Assembly (NCBI RefSeq): GCF_006345805.1
Contig: NC_042997.1
Coordinates: 77,686,001 to 77,750,000 of the forward strand
Length of the DNA: 64,000 nucleotides
Origin: Octopus sinensis
Taxonomy: Eukaryota
Direction of reading: 5' to 3'
Part shown: piece by piece, positions 26,728 through 39,613 of the stretch
How positions within the stretch are numbered: the first letter of the stretch is position 1
Layout: every line of letters starts with the position of its first letter
Translations under genes and position numbers: made by a program
Notes under the pieces: model-generated
Seen by the model: the letters and a program-made list of their open reading frames with translations, nothing else
Told to the model about the DNA's origin: nothing
Databases searched by the model: none

Positions 26728-28787
26728 ATAAATTGATATACAAATAGATACACAGGTGAAATGAAATGTTATTTTTAAAAGTACAGTTTTGATGCAGATA
26801 TAACAGATATGATATTAGTCAATAGATGATTAGGAATTTAGAATGAAATGCCAACATTGCACTACACTGATAGTGATATTTTAATATTTATAAGTTTATA
26901 GAAAACTTCAGAGATGTCTATTTTAGGATAATTTATCTAAGGAATAATTTTTATTAAAGTAAAAAACATTCAGTACCTAAACAAATTCCTCCAAGAAACA
27001 CCAGTCAAACTACTGGCACTGGGATACATCTAAGTAAACAACTCCCTACTTGAATGGGTTATAATGTCCTAAAACAATTTAAAAAACTACTCCAGGTGGA
27101 ATTGTTAAGTTAGACATAGTCTGGGCCAATAATACAAAAACCTATGTTAAGACTGTGGGTATGCATGAGTATTGTGAATACTGTTTGTATCATGTACACG
27201 GATATATACGTTGCTTCTAACAACTCTACAACCAACAGAGATTTAGGCAGAATGCCAAGGTGAAAATCATAACAGAATTTGATTTGTGCAAGTGTATACA
27301 CATCTGTAAAACTTTAAAACTGGTAAACCACTGCAGAGAGAATGTTAAATTAAAAGAAAAAAATGCATATGCAAATTTGGGAAAGTTTAATAATAGTTAT
27401 ATGCACTTAGAGATAAATATATTAAATGGGTTGCATTGAAAGCAAAGAAGCTATCAGATTCATTTAAGCATATTTTTTTATAGTTTATTGGGGGTTGAAT
27501 CATAAGTTAATGTGTTGCGACATTTCATCTGGTCCTTTATGGAAAGCATCCAAATTTTATCACAATCAACTTTGCCTTTTATCCTTTTGGGATCAATAAA
27601 ACAAAAGTACCAGTACATGACTGGTGCTACATCGACACTATTGGTCCCAGTGTTTGACAGTGGTCAATGGTATCAACTAAGCTCCTTTCCTCATAATTGC
27701 TAACTTTGTACCTTGGTAGAATTGTTAGTACACCAGACGAAATGCCTTCATGTTCTGAGTTCAAATTCAGCTGAGGTTGACTTTCATCCTTTCAGAGTCT
27801 ATAAAATTGGTACCAGTTGAGCTCAGAGAAGTCCCTTCTCCCAAAATTTCAAGTCTTGTGCCAATAGTAGAAATAATAATTATTATTATTAAGGTGGTGA
27901 GTAGGCAGAATTGTTGGCATGCTGGACAAAATGCTTAACAACATTTCGCCCGTCTTTACATCTTGAGTTTGAATTCCACCAAGGTCAACTTTGACTTTCA
28001 GAGTCAATAAAATAAATACCAGTTGAATACTGGGTCAAAGTAATTGACTAGCCTTTCCCCACAAATTTCAGGTCTTGTGCTTATACTAGAAAGGATTGTT
28101 ATAAAGCTCTAGTCAAACCACCTAACCCATGGCAGGATGGAAAATGGGCGTTGGATTATTATTATTAGACTTGACAGAATTGCTTAAATACCAGACAAAC
28201 GCCTGGTTGTATTTAGTTATGTTCAGTGTTTAAATCCTGCTAAAGTCAACTTCTGGAGTTGATAAAAAGTACCAGTCATATGTTCAGGTTGATATAATCA
28301 ATAAATTCAAGTGTTTGGATCTATGTAAGATTTTTTTAAATGAAATATTTTTTAAGTCTCTGAATTTTGGAAGCAAGGTCTCTGGTTTTCAATTTTATAC
28401 TAGCAGAGATACTTGGCATTGCTCGGAGTTCAAATGGCATAGTCTTTAATTGTTTTACTTGTTTCGGTCATATGACTGCGGCCATGCTGGAGAACCACTT
28501 TTAGTTGAAGAAATCGACCCCAGGATTTATTCTTTGTAAACCTAGGACTTATTCTATCGGTGTGTTTCATGAATATGAAAATAATAATTGTAAATGGTGT
28601 TTGATGAATTTATGGAAAGAAATCCCATAAAACTCAACAATTTTGATAAAAGTAGAGAAGATAGATATATAAGAGAAGATTATAATTATCTTGTATATTA
28701 ATATCTTCTCTTCTCCAATTTTATCGAAAACATTGAGTTTTATGGGATTTGTTTCCATAAATTCTCAACATACCATAATATACATAC

Positions 28788-28817
<30 letters not shown>

Positions 28818-28818
<1 letters not shown>

Positions 28819-29672
28819 CTATATATATAAAAGTGAAGTTGTGTGAGTGTCTGTCTCCTACGATTTAGATTCCTAACTACTCCCACATTTTGCGGTGCAG
28901 TTTAACCAAATTCGGGTATCTTATAGTCGTGATTCATATCGAGCCTGTCTGGGTATTAGCGCGCGTCTACGATGAGTCTACGATTTAAAAAATAATTTAC
29001 CATCATTTTTTTCCATTTTAAGGCATATTTTATCCGTGTGTCGATGGCGGCGGAGTTGGCATCCATGCTCACACCTGCACCTGTGTTGCTTCTTCCCCTT
29101 CTTCCCTCCCTCGTGAAGCTGTGGGGAAGGGAGTGTAAGGAAATCAACGTCGTAAAGCGTTGTCAAGGAGACCAGCGTTCTTTTAGAACAACGACTTCAT
29201 GGCTTGAAGTCGCCAAAACAGAAATCGCTAAAAAAGCTGAAACAGATCCACAAAAACGGCAAAAACCGCCACACAGGGCAGGTTTCCTGTGCAAACAATT
29301 TGCACAACCGAATGTTTTAGTTGTTGCACAAATCTTTATATATAAAAGTGAAGTTGTGTGTCTGTCTCTTACGATTTAGATTCCTAACTACTCCCACATT
29401 TTGCGGTGCAGTTTAACCAAAACCGGGTATCTTATAGTCGTGATTCATATCGAGCCCTTCTGGGTATTAGCGCACATCATTTTTCCATTTATATGCATTT
29501 TTTCGCTATTATATAAGGGAAGTAACTCTCTAAAAATGTCTACGATGAGTCAACGATTTAAAAAAAAAAAATTACCATCATTTTTTATTCCATTTTTTTG
29601 CTATAACTCTCTAAAAATGCTTATATAGTTATTTCCCTTACAAACCCGAGCAACGCCGGGCGATACTGCTAG
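28818..29672 (+). mobile_element. Composite Helitron H1 with two 5' ends and one 3' end
   Basis: A|TCTATATATATAAAAGTG at 28818, second TCTTTATATATAAAAGTG at 29333, end CCCGAGCAACGCCGGGCGATACTGCTAG|T at 29672; sits in (TA)n. Confidence 0.8.
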
Positions 29673-29857
29673 TATATATATATATATATTATAATAATAG
29701 ACACACATACACACATATATAGTACACACACACACACACACATAATACACACGCACATATATATATAACACACGCACACACACACATATATATATACATA
29801 TATACACATATACATAATATACATATATATACACATAATATACACATACATATATAT

Positions 29858-30676
29858 GTGAAACATGGGTTATGACTGCTGAGGACATGCGTAAGCTTGC
29901 AAGGAATGAAGCCAGTATGCTTTGCTGGATTGTATAATGTCAGTGTGCATACACAACAGAGTATAAGCGCCTTGAGAGAAAATTTGGATTTAAGAGGCAT
30001 CAGATGTGGTGTGCAAGGGAGATGACTGCGTTGGTATGGTCATGTGTTGTGAATGAATGAGGACACCTGTGTGAAAAAGTGTCACACCTTAGCAGTTGAA
30101 GGAACCTGTGGAAGAGATAGACCTAGGAAAACCTGGGATGAGGTGGTGAAGCATGACCTCTGAACATTGGGCCTCACCGAGTCAATGACTAGTGACTGGG
30201 ACCTTTGGTGAAATGCTGTACTTGAGAAGACCCGACAAGCCAAGTGAGACCATAGCCCATGGTCTCACTTATGAATACCCCTCATTCATTGGACAATAAA
30301 CCTTGCTTGTGAAGACCTATTGAGGCAAGTGAATTCAAAATCAAAATTGCTGATGTGGCTGACGACAGAACCACCTGATTGGCACTCATGCCAGTGGAAC
30401 GTTAGAAGCACATCTGAACATGGGGTGTAATGGGCCTACTTATGAGTATGCCTCATTCGTTGGACAATGAACTTTGCTTGCTATTGAGGCAAGTGTAAAC
30501 AAATCAAAATCGCTGATGACAATACAGCCTGATTGGCATTCGTGCCAGTGGAACGTTAAAAGCACCATCCGAGCATGATTATTGCCAGGGCCATGGATTG
30601 CCTCCTGTGCTCAGTCAAACCATCCAACCCATACAAGCATGGAAAGTAGACATTAAACGATGATGATGATGATGAT
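29858..30676 (+). mobile_element. Degenerate 5'-truncated RTE copy
   Basis: ETW-MTAEDMRKLARNEASML...RPRKTWDEVVKHDL coding remnant, 3' UTR with a ~150-bp internal duplication, (GAT)n tail. Confidence 0.85.
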
Positions 30677-31022
30677 ATATATATATATACACATAATATA
30701 AATATATATACATAATCTACATACATAGATATATATTCATAATATATATATATATATATAACATACATATATGTATAAACATAATATACATACATATATA
30801 TATATATATATACATATTAATATATACATAATAAACATATATATATATACATAGTATACATATATATACATATATATACATAGTATACATATATATATAC
30901 ATAATATACATATATATACATAATATACATATATATATATATACATAGTATACATATTTATATATACATAATATACATATATACATATTAATATATACAT
31001 AATATACATATTTATATATACA

Positions 31023-31386
31023 CTAGCACTATGACCTGGCAATGCTGGGTCATGGTGCTAGTGCATGCATATACAGCCGCATGCATGTGCTCATGCATGC
31101 GAGTACTGTCCAAATATCTGACCAATCACATACAGCTAGCTAGCATTCAATTGGCGTATCAAGCTTCGGGCATTTTGATTGGGTTTTGGATAGAAAATTC
31201 ACAAAAGAGTCACTTCTATTGATTTTTTAATGGCTTTGAGGGGTGATTGGGGAAATGTAAAGATGTGCACGACCACCCTTGGATGGTTTTGAATGACCAT
31301 AGAAAGTGCGAGCCCTCTAACTAAAAAATTGTGGATTTGTATAAAGGACACACACACAAACATTTTGCCATTTATATATATAGAGA
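31023..31386 (-). mobile_element. Non-autonomous Helitron with palindromic 3' end
   Basis: 5' A|TCTCTATATATATAAATGG at 31386; palindromic CTAG end at 31023; body unrelated to H2. Confidence 0.7.
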
Positions 31387-31412
31387 TAATATACATATTT
31401 ATATATACATAA

Positions 31413-34400
31413 TCATCATCATCATCATCATTTAGCGTCCGCTTTCCATGCTAGCATGGGTTGGACGGTTAAACTGGGGTCTGTGAAGCCAGAAGGCTGC
31501 ATCAGGCCCAGTCTGATCTGGCAGTGTTTCTACGGCTGGATGCCCTTCCTAACGCCAACCACTCCGTGAGTGTAGTGGGTGCTTTTTACGTGCCACCCGC
31601 ACAGGTGCCAGACGGAGCTGGCAAACGGCCATGGACGGATGGTGCTTTTTATGTGCCACCGGCACGGGGGCTAGGCGAGGCTGGCAACGGCCACGATCGG
31701 ATGGTGCTTTATACGTGCCACAGGCACGGGGGCCAGGCGAGGCTGGCAACGGCCATCAACAGATGGTGCTTTTACGTGCCACCGGCACGGGGGCCATGCG
31801 AGGCTGGCAACGGCAACAAACGGATGGTGCTACGTGCCACTGGCACGGGGGCCAGGTGTGGCTGGCAACAGCCACGAACGGATGGTGCTACATGCCACCG
31901 GCACGGGGGCCAGGCGAGGCTGGCAACGGCCACGAACGGATGGTGCTTTTTACGTGCCACCGGCACAGAGGCCAGTCGGGGCAGCACTGGCAACGGCCAT
32001 GATCGGATGGTTCACTTACTTGTCACCAGCACTGGTATCACAGCTGCAATTTCCATTGATGTTAATCGACTTCGATTTTGGTTCTGCTTTCTGATATCTG
32101 GTTTGATTTTGATTTTGATTTTCACTTGCCTCATCGGGTCTTCACAAGTGGAGTTTTGTGTCCCAAGAAGGAAAGGTATGTATAAGTCGACTGGCTACAT
32201 ACCAGGTAGAGGCCACGGGTTATGGTCTCACTAGTCTTGCCGGGTCTTCTCACGCACAGCATACTTCCATAGGTCTCGGTCTCTAGTCATTTCCTTGGTG
32301 AGACCTAGAGTTCGAAGGTCGTGCTTCACCACCTCGTCCCAGGTTTTCCTGGGTCTACCTCTTCCACAGGTTCCCTCAACTGCTAGGGTGTGGCACTTTT
32401 GCACACAACTATCTGCAGCCATTCTCGTCACATGACCATACCAGCACAAACGTCTCTCTTGCACACCACAACTGATGCTTCTTAGGTCCAACTTTTCTCT
32501 CAAGGTACTTACACTCTGTCGATTATGAACACTGACATTACACATCCATCGGAGCATACTGGCTTCATTTCTTGCGAGCTTACGCATATCCTCAGCAGTC
32601 ACAGCCCATGTTTCACTGCCATGTAGCATGGCTGTACGTACACATGCATCATACAGTCTGCCTTTTACTCTGAGTGAGAGGCCTTTTGTCACCAGCAGGG
32701 GTAAGAGCTCTCTAAACTTTGCCCAGGCTATTCTTACTCTAGCAGTTACACTTTCAGCACACCCACCCCAGCTACTGACTTGGTCACCTAGGTAGTGGAA
32801 GCTATCAACTACTTCTATTTTTTCTCCCTGGAACGTGGTAGAAGTTGGTCTCTGCACATTTTCAGTGTTTATTGCTACTGAGCATCTGCCACAGACAAAA
32901 ACTATTTTCCTAGTTAGCCTTCCTTTGACATTGCTGCACCTCTTATGTGTCCATAGCTTACACTTGGTGCACCTTATAGAGTTTCTACTTACACCTTTTT
33001 TACAGATTGAGCAGGGCTATTTACCTGAAGGCGTTTGTGATTGGTCTACCTTCCTACTTATTAGGACTTTGGTTTTGGCTAGGTTAATTCTAAGGCCCTT
33101 TGATTCTAATCCTTGCTTCCACACCTGAAACTTCTCCTCCAGTTCTGATAGTGACTCAGCAATTAGAGCAAGGTCATCAGCATAGAGGAGCTCCCAGGGG
33201 CATCCTGTCTTGAATTCCTCTGTTATTGCCTGGAGGACTATGATAAATAGGAGGGGACTGAGGACTGAACCTTCGTGGACCCCAACCTCTACCCAGAATT
33301 CTTCACTGTACTCGTTGCCAACCCTCACCTTACTAGCAGCGTCTCTGTACATGGCTCGCACACCTCTCACTAACCATTCATCTATCCCTAGTTTCCTCAT
33401 TGACCACCAGATAAGGGATCGGGGGACCCTGTCGAAGGCTTTCTCCATGTCAACAAAAGCCAGGTACAGGGGCTTATCTTTGGCTAGGTATTTCTCCTGC
33501 AGCTGTCTTACCAGGAATATAGCATCTGTAGTACTTTTCCCTGGCACGAAACCAAACTGCATCTCATCTAAGCTAACTCTCTCTCTCTAATTAGTTGGGC
33601 TATAACCCTCTCCATAACCTTCATTACCTGATCCAGCAGCTTGATACCCCTGTAGTTATTTGTATCTAGGGCGTCACCTTTACCTTTGTAGCAGTTAACT
33701 ATATGCTGCTACACCAGTCATTGGGTATGACTCTTTCGTCTATCACCTGGTTAACTATACGGGTGACTAGGCTATAGCCGACACTACCAGATATTTTGAG
33801 CATCTCTGCAGTAATTCCTGATGGGCTTTCCCTGTTTTCATGCTTGTAATTGCCTTAACTACTAAGGAACTGTTAACTTGGATTGCTGGTCCCTCTGTTG
33901 GGTCGACATTTGGCAGACTCTCTTTATCCCATTCATTTTCCTCATTCAGCAACCTTTCATAGTGGCGTCTCCAAACCTCTCTCTTTGCATCCTCATTTAG
34001 CGCAAGTGAACCGTCATCCTTGCGAACACATTTCTCTCCTACCATGTCACGATTCTCTCTCACACACTGTCTTGCAACACGAAATACCTCAAGTCTTTCA
34101 TCCTCACGGTGCAGAACATTGGCAAATTTTTTCTTATCTGCTTCCCCTCTGGCTAAATACACCTGCCTCCAAGCTTCCCTTCTGGCAGCATAGAGGAGCT
34201 CCCACCGTTCTTCCAGTCCTTCCAAGCCTGTTTCTTTTGTCTAATAGCCCTGTCAACAATATTGTTCCACCACCACGTTATGTTGGGTCTTGAGGGGACT
34301 TTGCACCAGCCACAGATCTGGTTAGTGGCTTTCAGCAGGTTGTCCCTTAGAAGCGTCCAGTTGTCTTCTACCCCATGTGTAGCTATACCCCCTTCTATTT

Positions 34401-34440
34401 CGTCAAAGGCTTCAAGTAACATGTCTCTAAATCTCTGTCC
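31413..34440 (-). mobile_element. 5'-truncated RTE LINE (3.0 kb), multiply disrupted
   Basis: Colinear with 18935-21830; ORF pieces 34153-34509, 33767-34225, 33017-33562 (YADD) and 32231-32857; expanded 3' UTR repeats; (GAT)n tail. Confidence 0.92.
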
Positions 34441-35033
34441 ATATATATATATGTGTGTGTATATATATATATATATACAATTGCAGCATGGAAGGTGTTT
34501 ATAAGCCATTTAAGAAACACACAAAAGCTATTCGATTCACTTCAACATTTAAGTTTTTTGTCAAAATTTGTCAAAATATTTTCGTTGCTAAAATCCGCGA
34601 CCTGTTCACTGACAAAAATCCGTGCTGCATCTGAGAAAGTAACAGTTAGTTCGGCATATATATGTATGTGTGTATGTATGCATACATGTGTGTATGTATG
34701 TATGTATGCATGTACGTACATACGCCTGTGTATGCATGTATGTATGTATATATGTATGTGTGTGTGTATATGCACGCACATACACACTATAAACATAAAG
34801 CTATAAACCTGTAGCGATGGATAGATGTAGAGTGACCACTCATCACAATAATATCAAATTTCAACTCCCCCCCCCCGCCGAAGCCTGGAAGTGATTTATG
34901 ACCCTTACTCCCAAAACTATACCCTAAAACCTATTATCAGATATTTATCTCTATATCACAGAACTTTTGTTTTACTATTGTGCATAAGTATGTATGTATG
35001 TATGTGTGTATGTACATACATTTTACCCTTTGT

Positions 35034-35074
<41 letters not shown>

Positions 35075-35227
35075 CATAACATACATATACATAATATACA
35101 CACACACACACACACTTATATATAGATATATATACATACACATACATAATATATACATACATACATACATACATATACATACATACACACACACACACAC
35201 ACAGATACACACATACATACATATATA

Positions 35228-35437
35228 TACTCTTCTACTTGTTTCAGTCATTTGACTGTGGCCATGATGGAGCAACGCCTTTAGTCGAGCAAATCTACCC
35301 CAGAACTTGTTCTTTGTAAGCCTAGTACTTATTCTATTGGTTCTTTTTTGCCGAACCGCTAAGTTACGGTGACGTAAACACACCAGCAACGGTTGTCAAG
35401 TGATGTTGGGGGGACAAACACAGACACGCAAACATAT

Positions 35438-35475
<38 letters not shown>

Positions 35476-35572
35476 ATATATACGATGGGCTTCTTTCAGT
35501 TTTCGTCTACCAAATCCACTCACAAGTCTTTGGTCAACCCGAGGCTATAGTAGAAGACACTTGCCTAAAGTG
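35228..35572 (-). mobile_element. SINE family A, head truncated
   Basis: Matches 39190-39535. Confidence 0.75.
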
Positions 35573-35744
35573 TACATATACATAATATACATATACATAC
35601 ATATATATACATACGTACATATATATACATACATACAGATACATACATACATATACATACATACATATACATACATATATATACATACATACATATACAT
35701 ACATACATATACATACATACATATACATATATATATATATATAC

Positions 35745-37021
35745 CATCATCATCATCATCATCATTTAACGTCCGCTTTCCATGCTAGCATGGGTTGGAC
35801 GGTTCAACTGGGGTCTGGGGAGCCCGAAAGCTGCACCAGTCCAGTCAGATCTGGCAGTGTTTCTACAGCTGGATGCCCTTCCTAACGCCAACCACTCCGA
35901 GAGTGTAGTGGGTGATTTTATGTGCCACCGACACAGGTGCCAGACGAGGCTGACAACGGCCACGCTCGGATGGTGTTTTTATGTGCCACCGACACAGGTG
36001 CCAGACGAGGCTGGCAGACGGCCACGCTCGGATGGTGTTTTTATGTGCCACCGACACAGGTGCCAGACGAGGCTGGCAGACGGCCACGCTCGGATGGTGT
36101 TTTTATGTGCCACCGACACAGGTGCCAGACGAGGCTGGCAGACGGCCACGCTCGGATGGTGTTTTGGTGTTTTTATGTGCCACCGACACAGGTGCCAGAC
36201 GAGGCTGGCAGACAGCCACGCTCGGATGGTGTTTTTATGTGCCACCGACACAGGTGCCAGACGAGGCTGGCAGACGGCCACGCTCGGATGGTGTTTTGGT
36301 GTTTTTATGTGCCACCGACACAGGTGCCAGATGAGGCTGGCAAACGGCCACGATCGGATGGTGCTTGTTACGTGCCCACAGCACGGAGGCCAGTCGATGC
36401 GGTACTGGCTACGGCCACGTTCGGATGGTTTTCTTATGTGCCACGTGCCACCGGCACTGGTACCACAAAGGTACAAATTCCATTGATGTTCATCTATTTT
36501 GATTTGTTTTGATTTGATTTGATTTTCACTTGCCTCAACAGGTCTTCACAAGTGTCACAAGAAGGAAGGTATGCACAGGTGGACTGACTACGTCCCAGGT
36601 AGGGGCCATGGGTTATGGCCTGACTAGTCTTGCCGGGTCTTCGGATGGTGTTTTTATGTGCCACCGACACAGGTGCTAGATGAGGCTGGTGTTTTGGTGT
36701 TTTTATGTGCCACCGACACAGGTGCCAGATGAGGCTGGCAAACGGCCACGATCGGATGGTGCTTGTTACGTGCCCACAGCACGGAGGCCAGTCGATGCGG
36801 CACTGGCTACGGCCACGTTCGGATGGTTTTCTTATGTGCCACGTGCCACCGGCACTGGTACCACAAAGATACAAATTCCATTGATGTTCATCTATTTTGA
36901 TTTGTTTTGATTTGATTTGATTTGATTTTCACTTGCCTCAACAGGTCTTCACAAGTGTCACAAGAAGGAAGGTATGCACAGGTGGACTGACTACGTCCCA
37001 GGTAGGGGCCATGGGTTATGG
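35745..37021 (-). mobile_element. RTE 3' UTR-only insertion with expanded 62-bp minisatellite and an internal duplication
   Basis: (GAT)n tail at 35745; 62-bp units at 35967, 36029, 36091...; reaches the ORF stop region at ~36635, then repeats the UTR. Confidence 0.88.
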
Positions 37022-37355
37022 ACATATATATATATATAAATAAGCAACAAGGATATCCAGAGGTAATGCAGTATGATCATTTCATGCAACTCCATTTATT
37101 TGAACAATGCAATCATTACATCAATTTAAAATGCAGAGCAATCCTCAGCAGCACAAAGACATAGAATTTAATCAAATTAGAGCAGATAGACACATTAGTA
37201 TAATTATACCTAAAATCTCCAAGAAGTTAAGGAGATAGACAAAGAACATGCTGTCTCCACTCCAGCATGTGCCTCAACTTAAGTACCATATTCATCTGAA
37301 TCTAAATTTTTGCTGAACTCATCTACTATATCTATATATGTGTATATATACATAA

Positions 37356-37770
37356 TCTATAATATAAATTGGACAGGGACGATCGTTGTATTCTTTCTTG
37401 TCTTGAGGTTCACAGCCAAACGGCTGGGTGGATTCACGTGAAAAACAGCACACATGTGGAGACAGGTGCATAGATTGGAATGCGGTTTGTATTTTTTTCC
37501 TAGCCCCCATAGTTACCGAGAAAATCAATTAAAACCGTTTCCAATGGAATACCCCCAGACTATGTACAAATTCGTTCTTCACAACTCCTGAAGCTGTTTT
37601 CTGACAGGGGTAGGGGGAGTCAGGAAATATTCATACAGCTGGAGGCTCAAATCGAAACAGGGGACTCGAAATGATAAGGTTGAGAAACACTGTTATAGAT
37701 TATGCCTAACCGAAAACGATCACAGCCACATCATCCAAACAGACCGGGTGAAACCAGGCTTAGCTGCTAG
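37356..37770 (+). mobile_element. Non-autonomous Helitron
   Basis: A|TCTATAATATAAATTGG start; CCGGGTGAAACCAGG imperfect hairpin, then CTGCTAG|T. Confidence 0.6.
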
Positions 37771-37970
37771 TATACATATATATGTATGTATAGATATATA
37801 TGTATATATACATATTATGCATATATACGTACATATATACATATATATAAGTATATATATATAAAATATACATATATACATGTATATATATATTGACAGA
37901 AATGGTAAGACAACAAAAGAATGAAAGAGACCTCAATATTATGTAAATAGAGGAATTTATCTGTAAATTT

Positions 37971-38155
37971 ATGTGACAATTATTCAGTAGCCATGATAAA
38001 ACTCCGAGTTTCAGACGTTGGGGTTGAAACCCATGTGGGCATCTCTTCAGTTATCGGGCCATCAAAACTGAAGAGATGCTGGCATGGGTTTCCGCCCTGA
38101 CATCTGAAACTTGGAGCTTTATCATAGCTACCGAATAATTGAATAATTGTCACAT
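37971..38155. repeat. Fold-back element, ~80-bp imperfect inverted arms with a 13-nt spacer
   Basis: ATGTGACAATTATTC...CATCTCTTCAGTT / AACTGAAGAGATG...GAATAATTGTCACAT. Confidence 0.9.
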
Positions 38156-38166
38156 ATTATAATTAC

Positions 38167-38209
<43 letters not shown>

Positions 38210-38210
<1 letters not shown>

Positions 38211-39067
38211 TAGCATTAAAGACCCGTCGTTGCCGGGTCATAGTGCTAGTGCATGTATATATGTGTATATATATGTGTACATATTACATGTACATCTATA
38301 TATATATACATCTACACATAAAATACAAAATACAAAGTTATATCTTGATATCGCTAGTGCGGGACGTCCTATGTACCAGATATAAAGGTAAAAATAAAAT
38401 ATTTCCACTTTGCAAGTTCGAGTCGAGTGCCCCCTTGCACGCTCCGTTGACTCGAACCTTGCTTCAATTGTGGCGAATTTACCGCCTCTGATTAGATACC
38501 TTTCATAGTCGCACCAAGACACTTTCCGAAGGTGCTTTCCTCAATGTGTTCAAATCTTTTTTCTCTACATTGTATACTTTATAGACAATAGTCTTTTCTG
38601 TAATTTAATTTTTTATTATCCATCTGGACTATTCCATTTCTGCACGCTAATTTTATTTTTAATTTATTCCCATTCATGTGAAACCACTTATTCAAGTTCA
38701 AGTCATTGATGCAATTTTATACCAATTGCTATTTTTACTTTTGTTATGTTACGATTATTTTATACTTTAGTTTGATTTTAATTATTACTTACTACATATA
38801 ATTCAATTGTTATTATTATTTTTATTGTTAAAGTGAAAGCATCTGACATAAAATAGAGAAATGTTTTTGTTTCACTTTTAACACGTAATACTGAAATAGT
38901 GAAGATATGATATTGCTATGGGCTCGCTCAAGACAGGAAGTTGAACACTCCCCGGACCCTAAGTAAGGCATGTGTAAAATTTGAATGGAATTGGTTGTGT
39001 AGTTCTCAAGTTTTAGGGAAACACACAGACAGACAGACACACATTCTCAGTTTTATATATATAAAGA
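38210..39067 (-). mobile_element. Helitron H2 copy with internal deletion
   Basis: Palindromic CTAG end at 38210, TC end at 39067; lacks the segment in which the RTE sits in the 18074 copy. Confidence 0.82.
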
Positions 39068-39189
39068 TATGTGTGTGTGTATACATATAAGTATATATAT
39101 ATATATATACATACACATATAAACACATACATATATATATAATAATTTTTTGAGGGAATAATAAAAACATATATAATTGGTAGTATATA

Positions 39190-39611
39190 TCTCTTTTACA
39201 CTTTTACTTGTTTCAGTCATTTGACTGCGGCTATGCAGGAGCACCGCCTTTAGTTGAGCAATTCGACCCCAGGACTTATTCTTTGTAAGCCCAGTACTTA
39301 TTCTATCAGTCTCTTTTGCCGAACCGCTAAGTGTCGCGGACGTCAACAAACCAGCATCAGTTGTCAAGCAATGCTAGGGAGACAAACACAGACACACAAA
39401 CATACACGCACACAAACATACACGCACACACACATATATATACATGTATACGACGGGCTTCTTTCCGTTTCCGTCTACCAAATCTACTCACAAGGCTTTG
39501 GTCGGCCCGAGGCTATAGTAGAAGACACTTGCCCAAGGTGCCACGCAGTGGGACTGAACCCGGAAGCATGTGGTTGGTAAGCAAGCTACTTACCACACAG
39601 CCACTCCTGCA
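39190..39611 (-). mobile_element. Full-length tRNA-derived SINE, family A
   Basis: Minus-strand head GCAGGAGTGGCTGTGTGGTAAG (A-box-like) ...GGGTTCAGTCCC (B-box-like), central CA/TA microsatellite, 3' TGACTGAAACAAGTAAAAG. Confidence 0.82.
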
Positions 39612-39613
39612 CC

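Noticed and set aside
35900-36420. CRISPR-like array of ~62-bp repeats (also 31570-32010)
   Set aside because: Units are contiguous with no unique spacers, lie in a LINE 3' UTR, and the DNA is eukaryotic with no cas genes.
38066-38115. Hammerhead-like CTGAAGA...GAAAC in the fold-back arms
   Set aside because: Extra T before GAAA (or missing A9), no stem I, and CCGAAGA in the other copy; not a valid fold.
39540-39611. tRNA-like sequence with A and B boxes
   Set aside because: Head of a repeated SINE; no complete cloverleaf.
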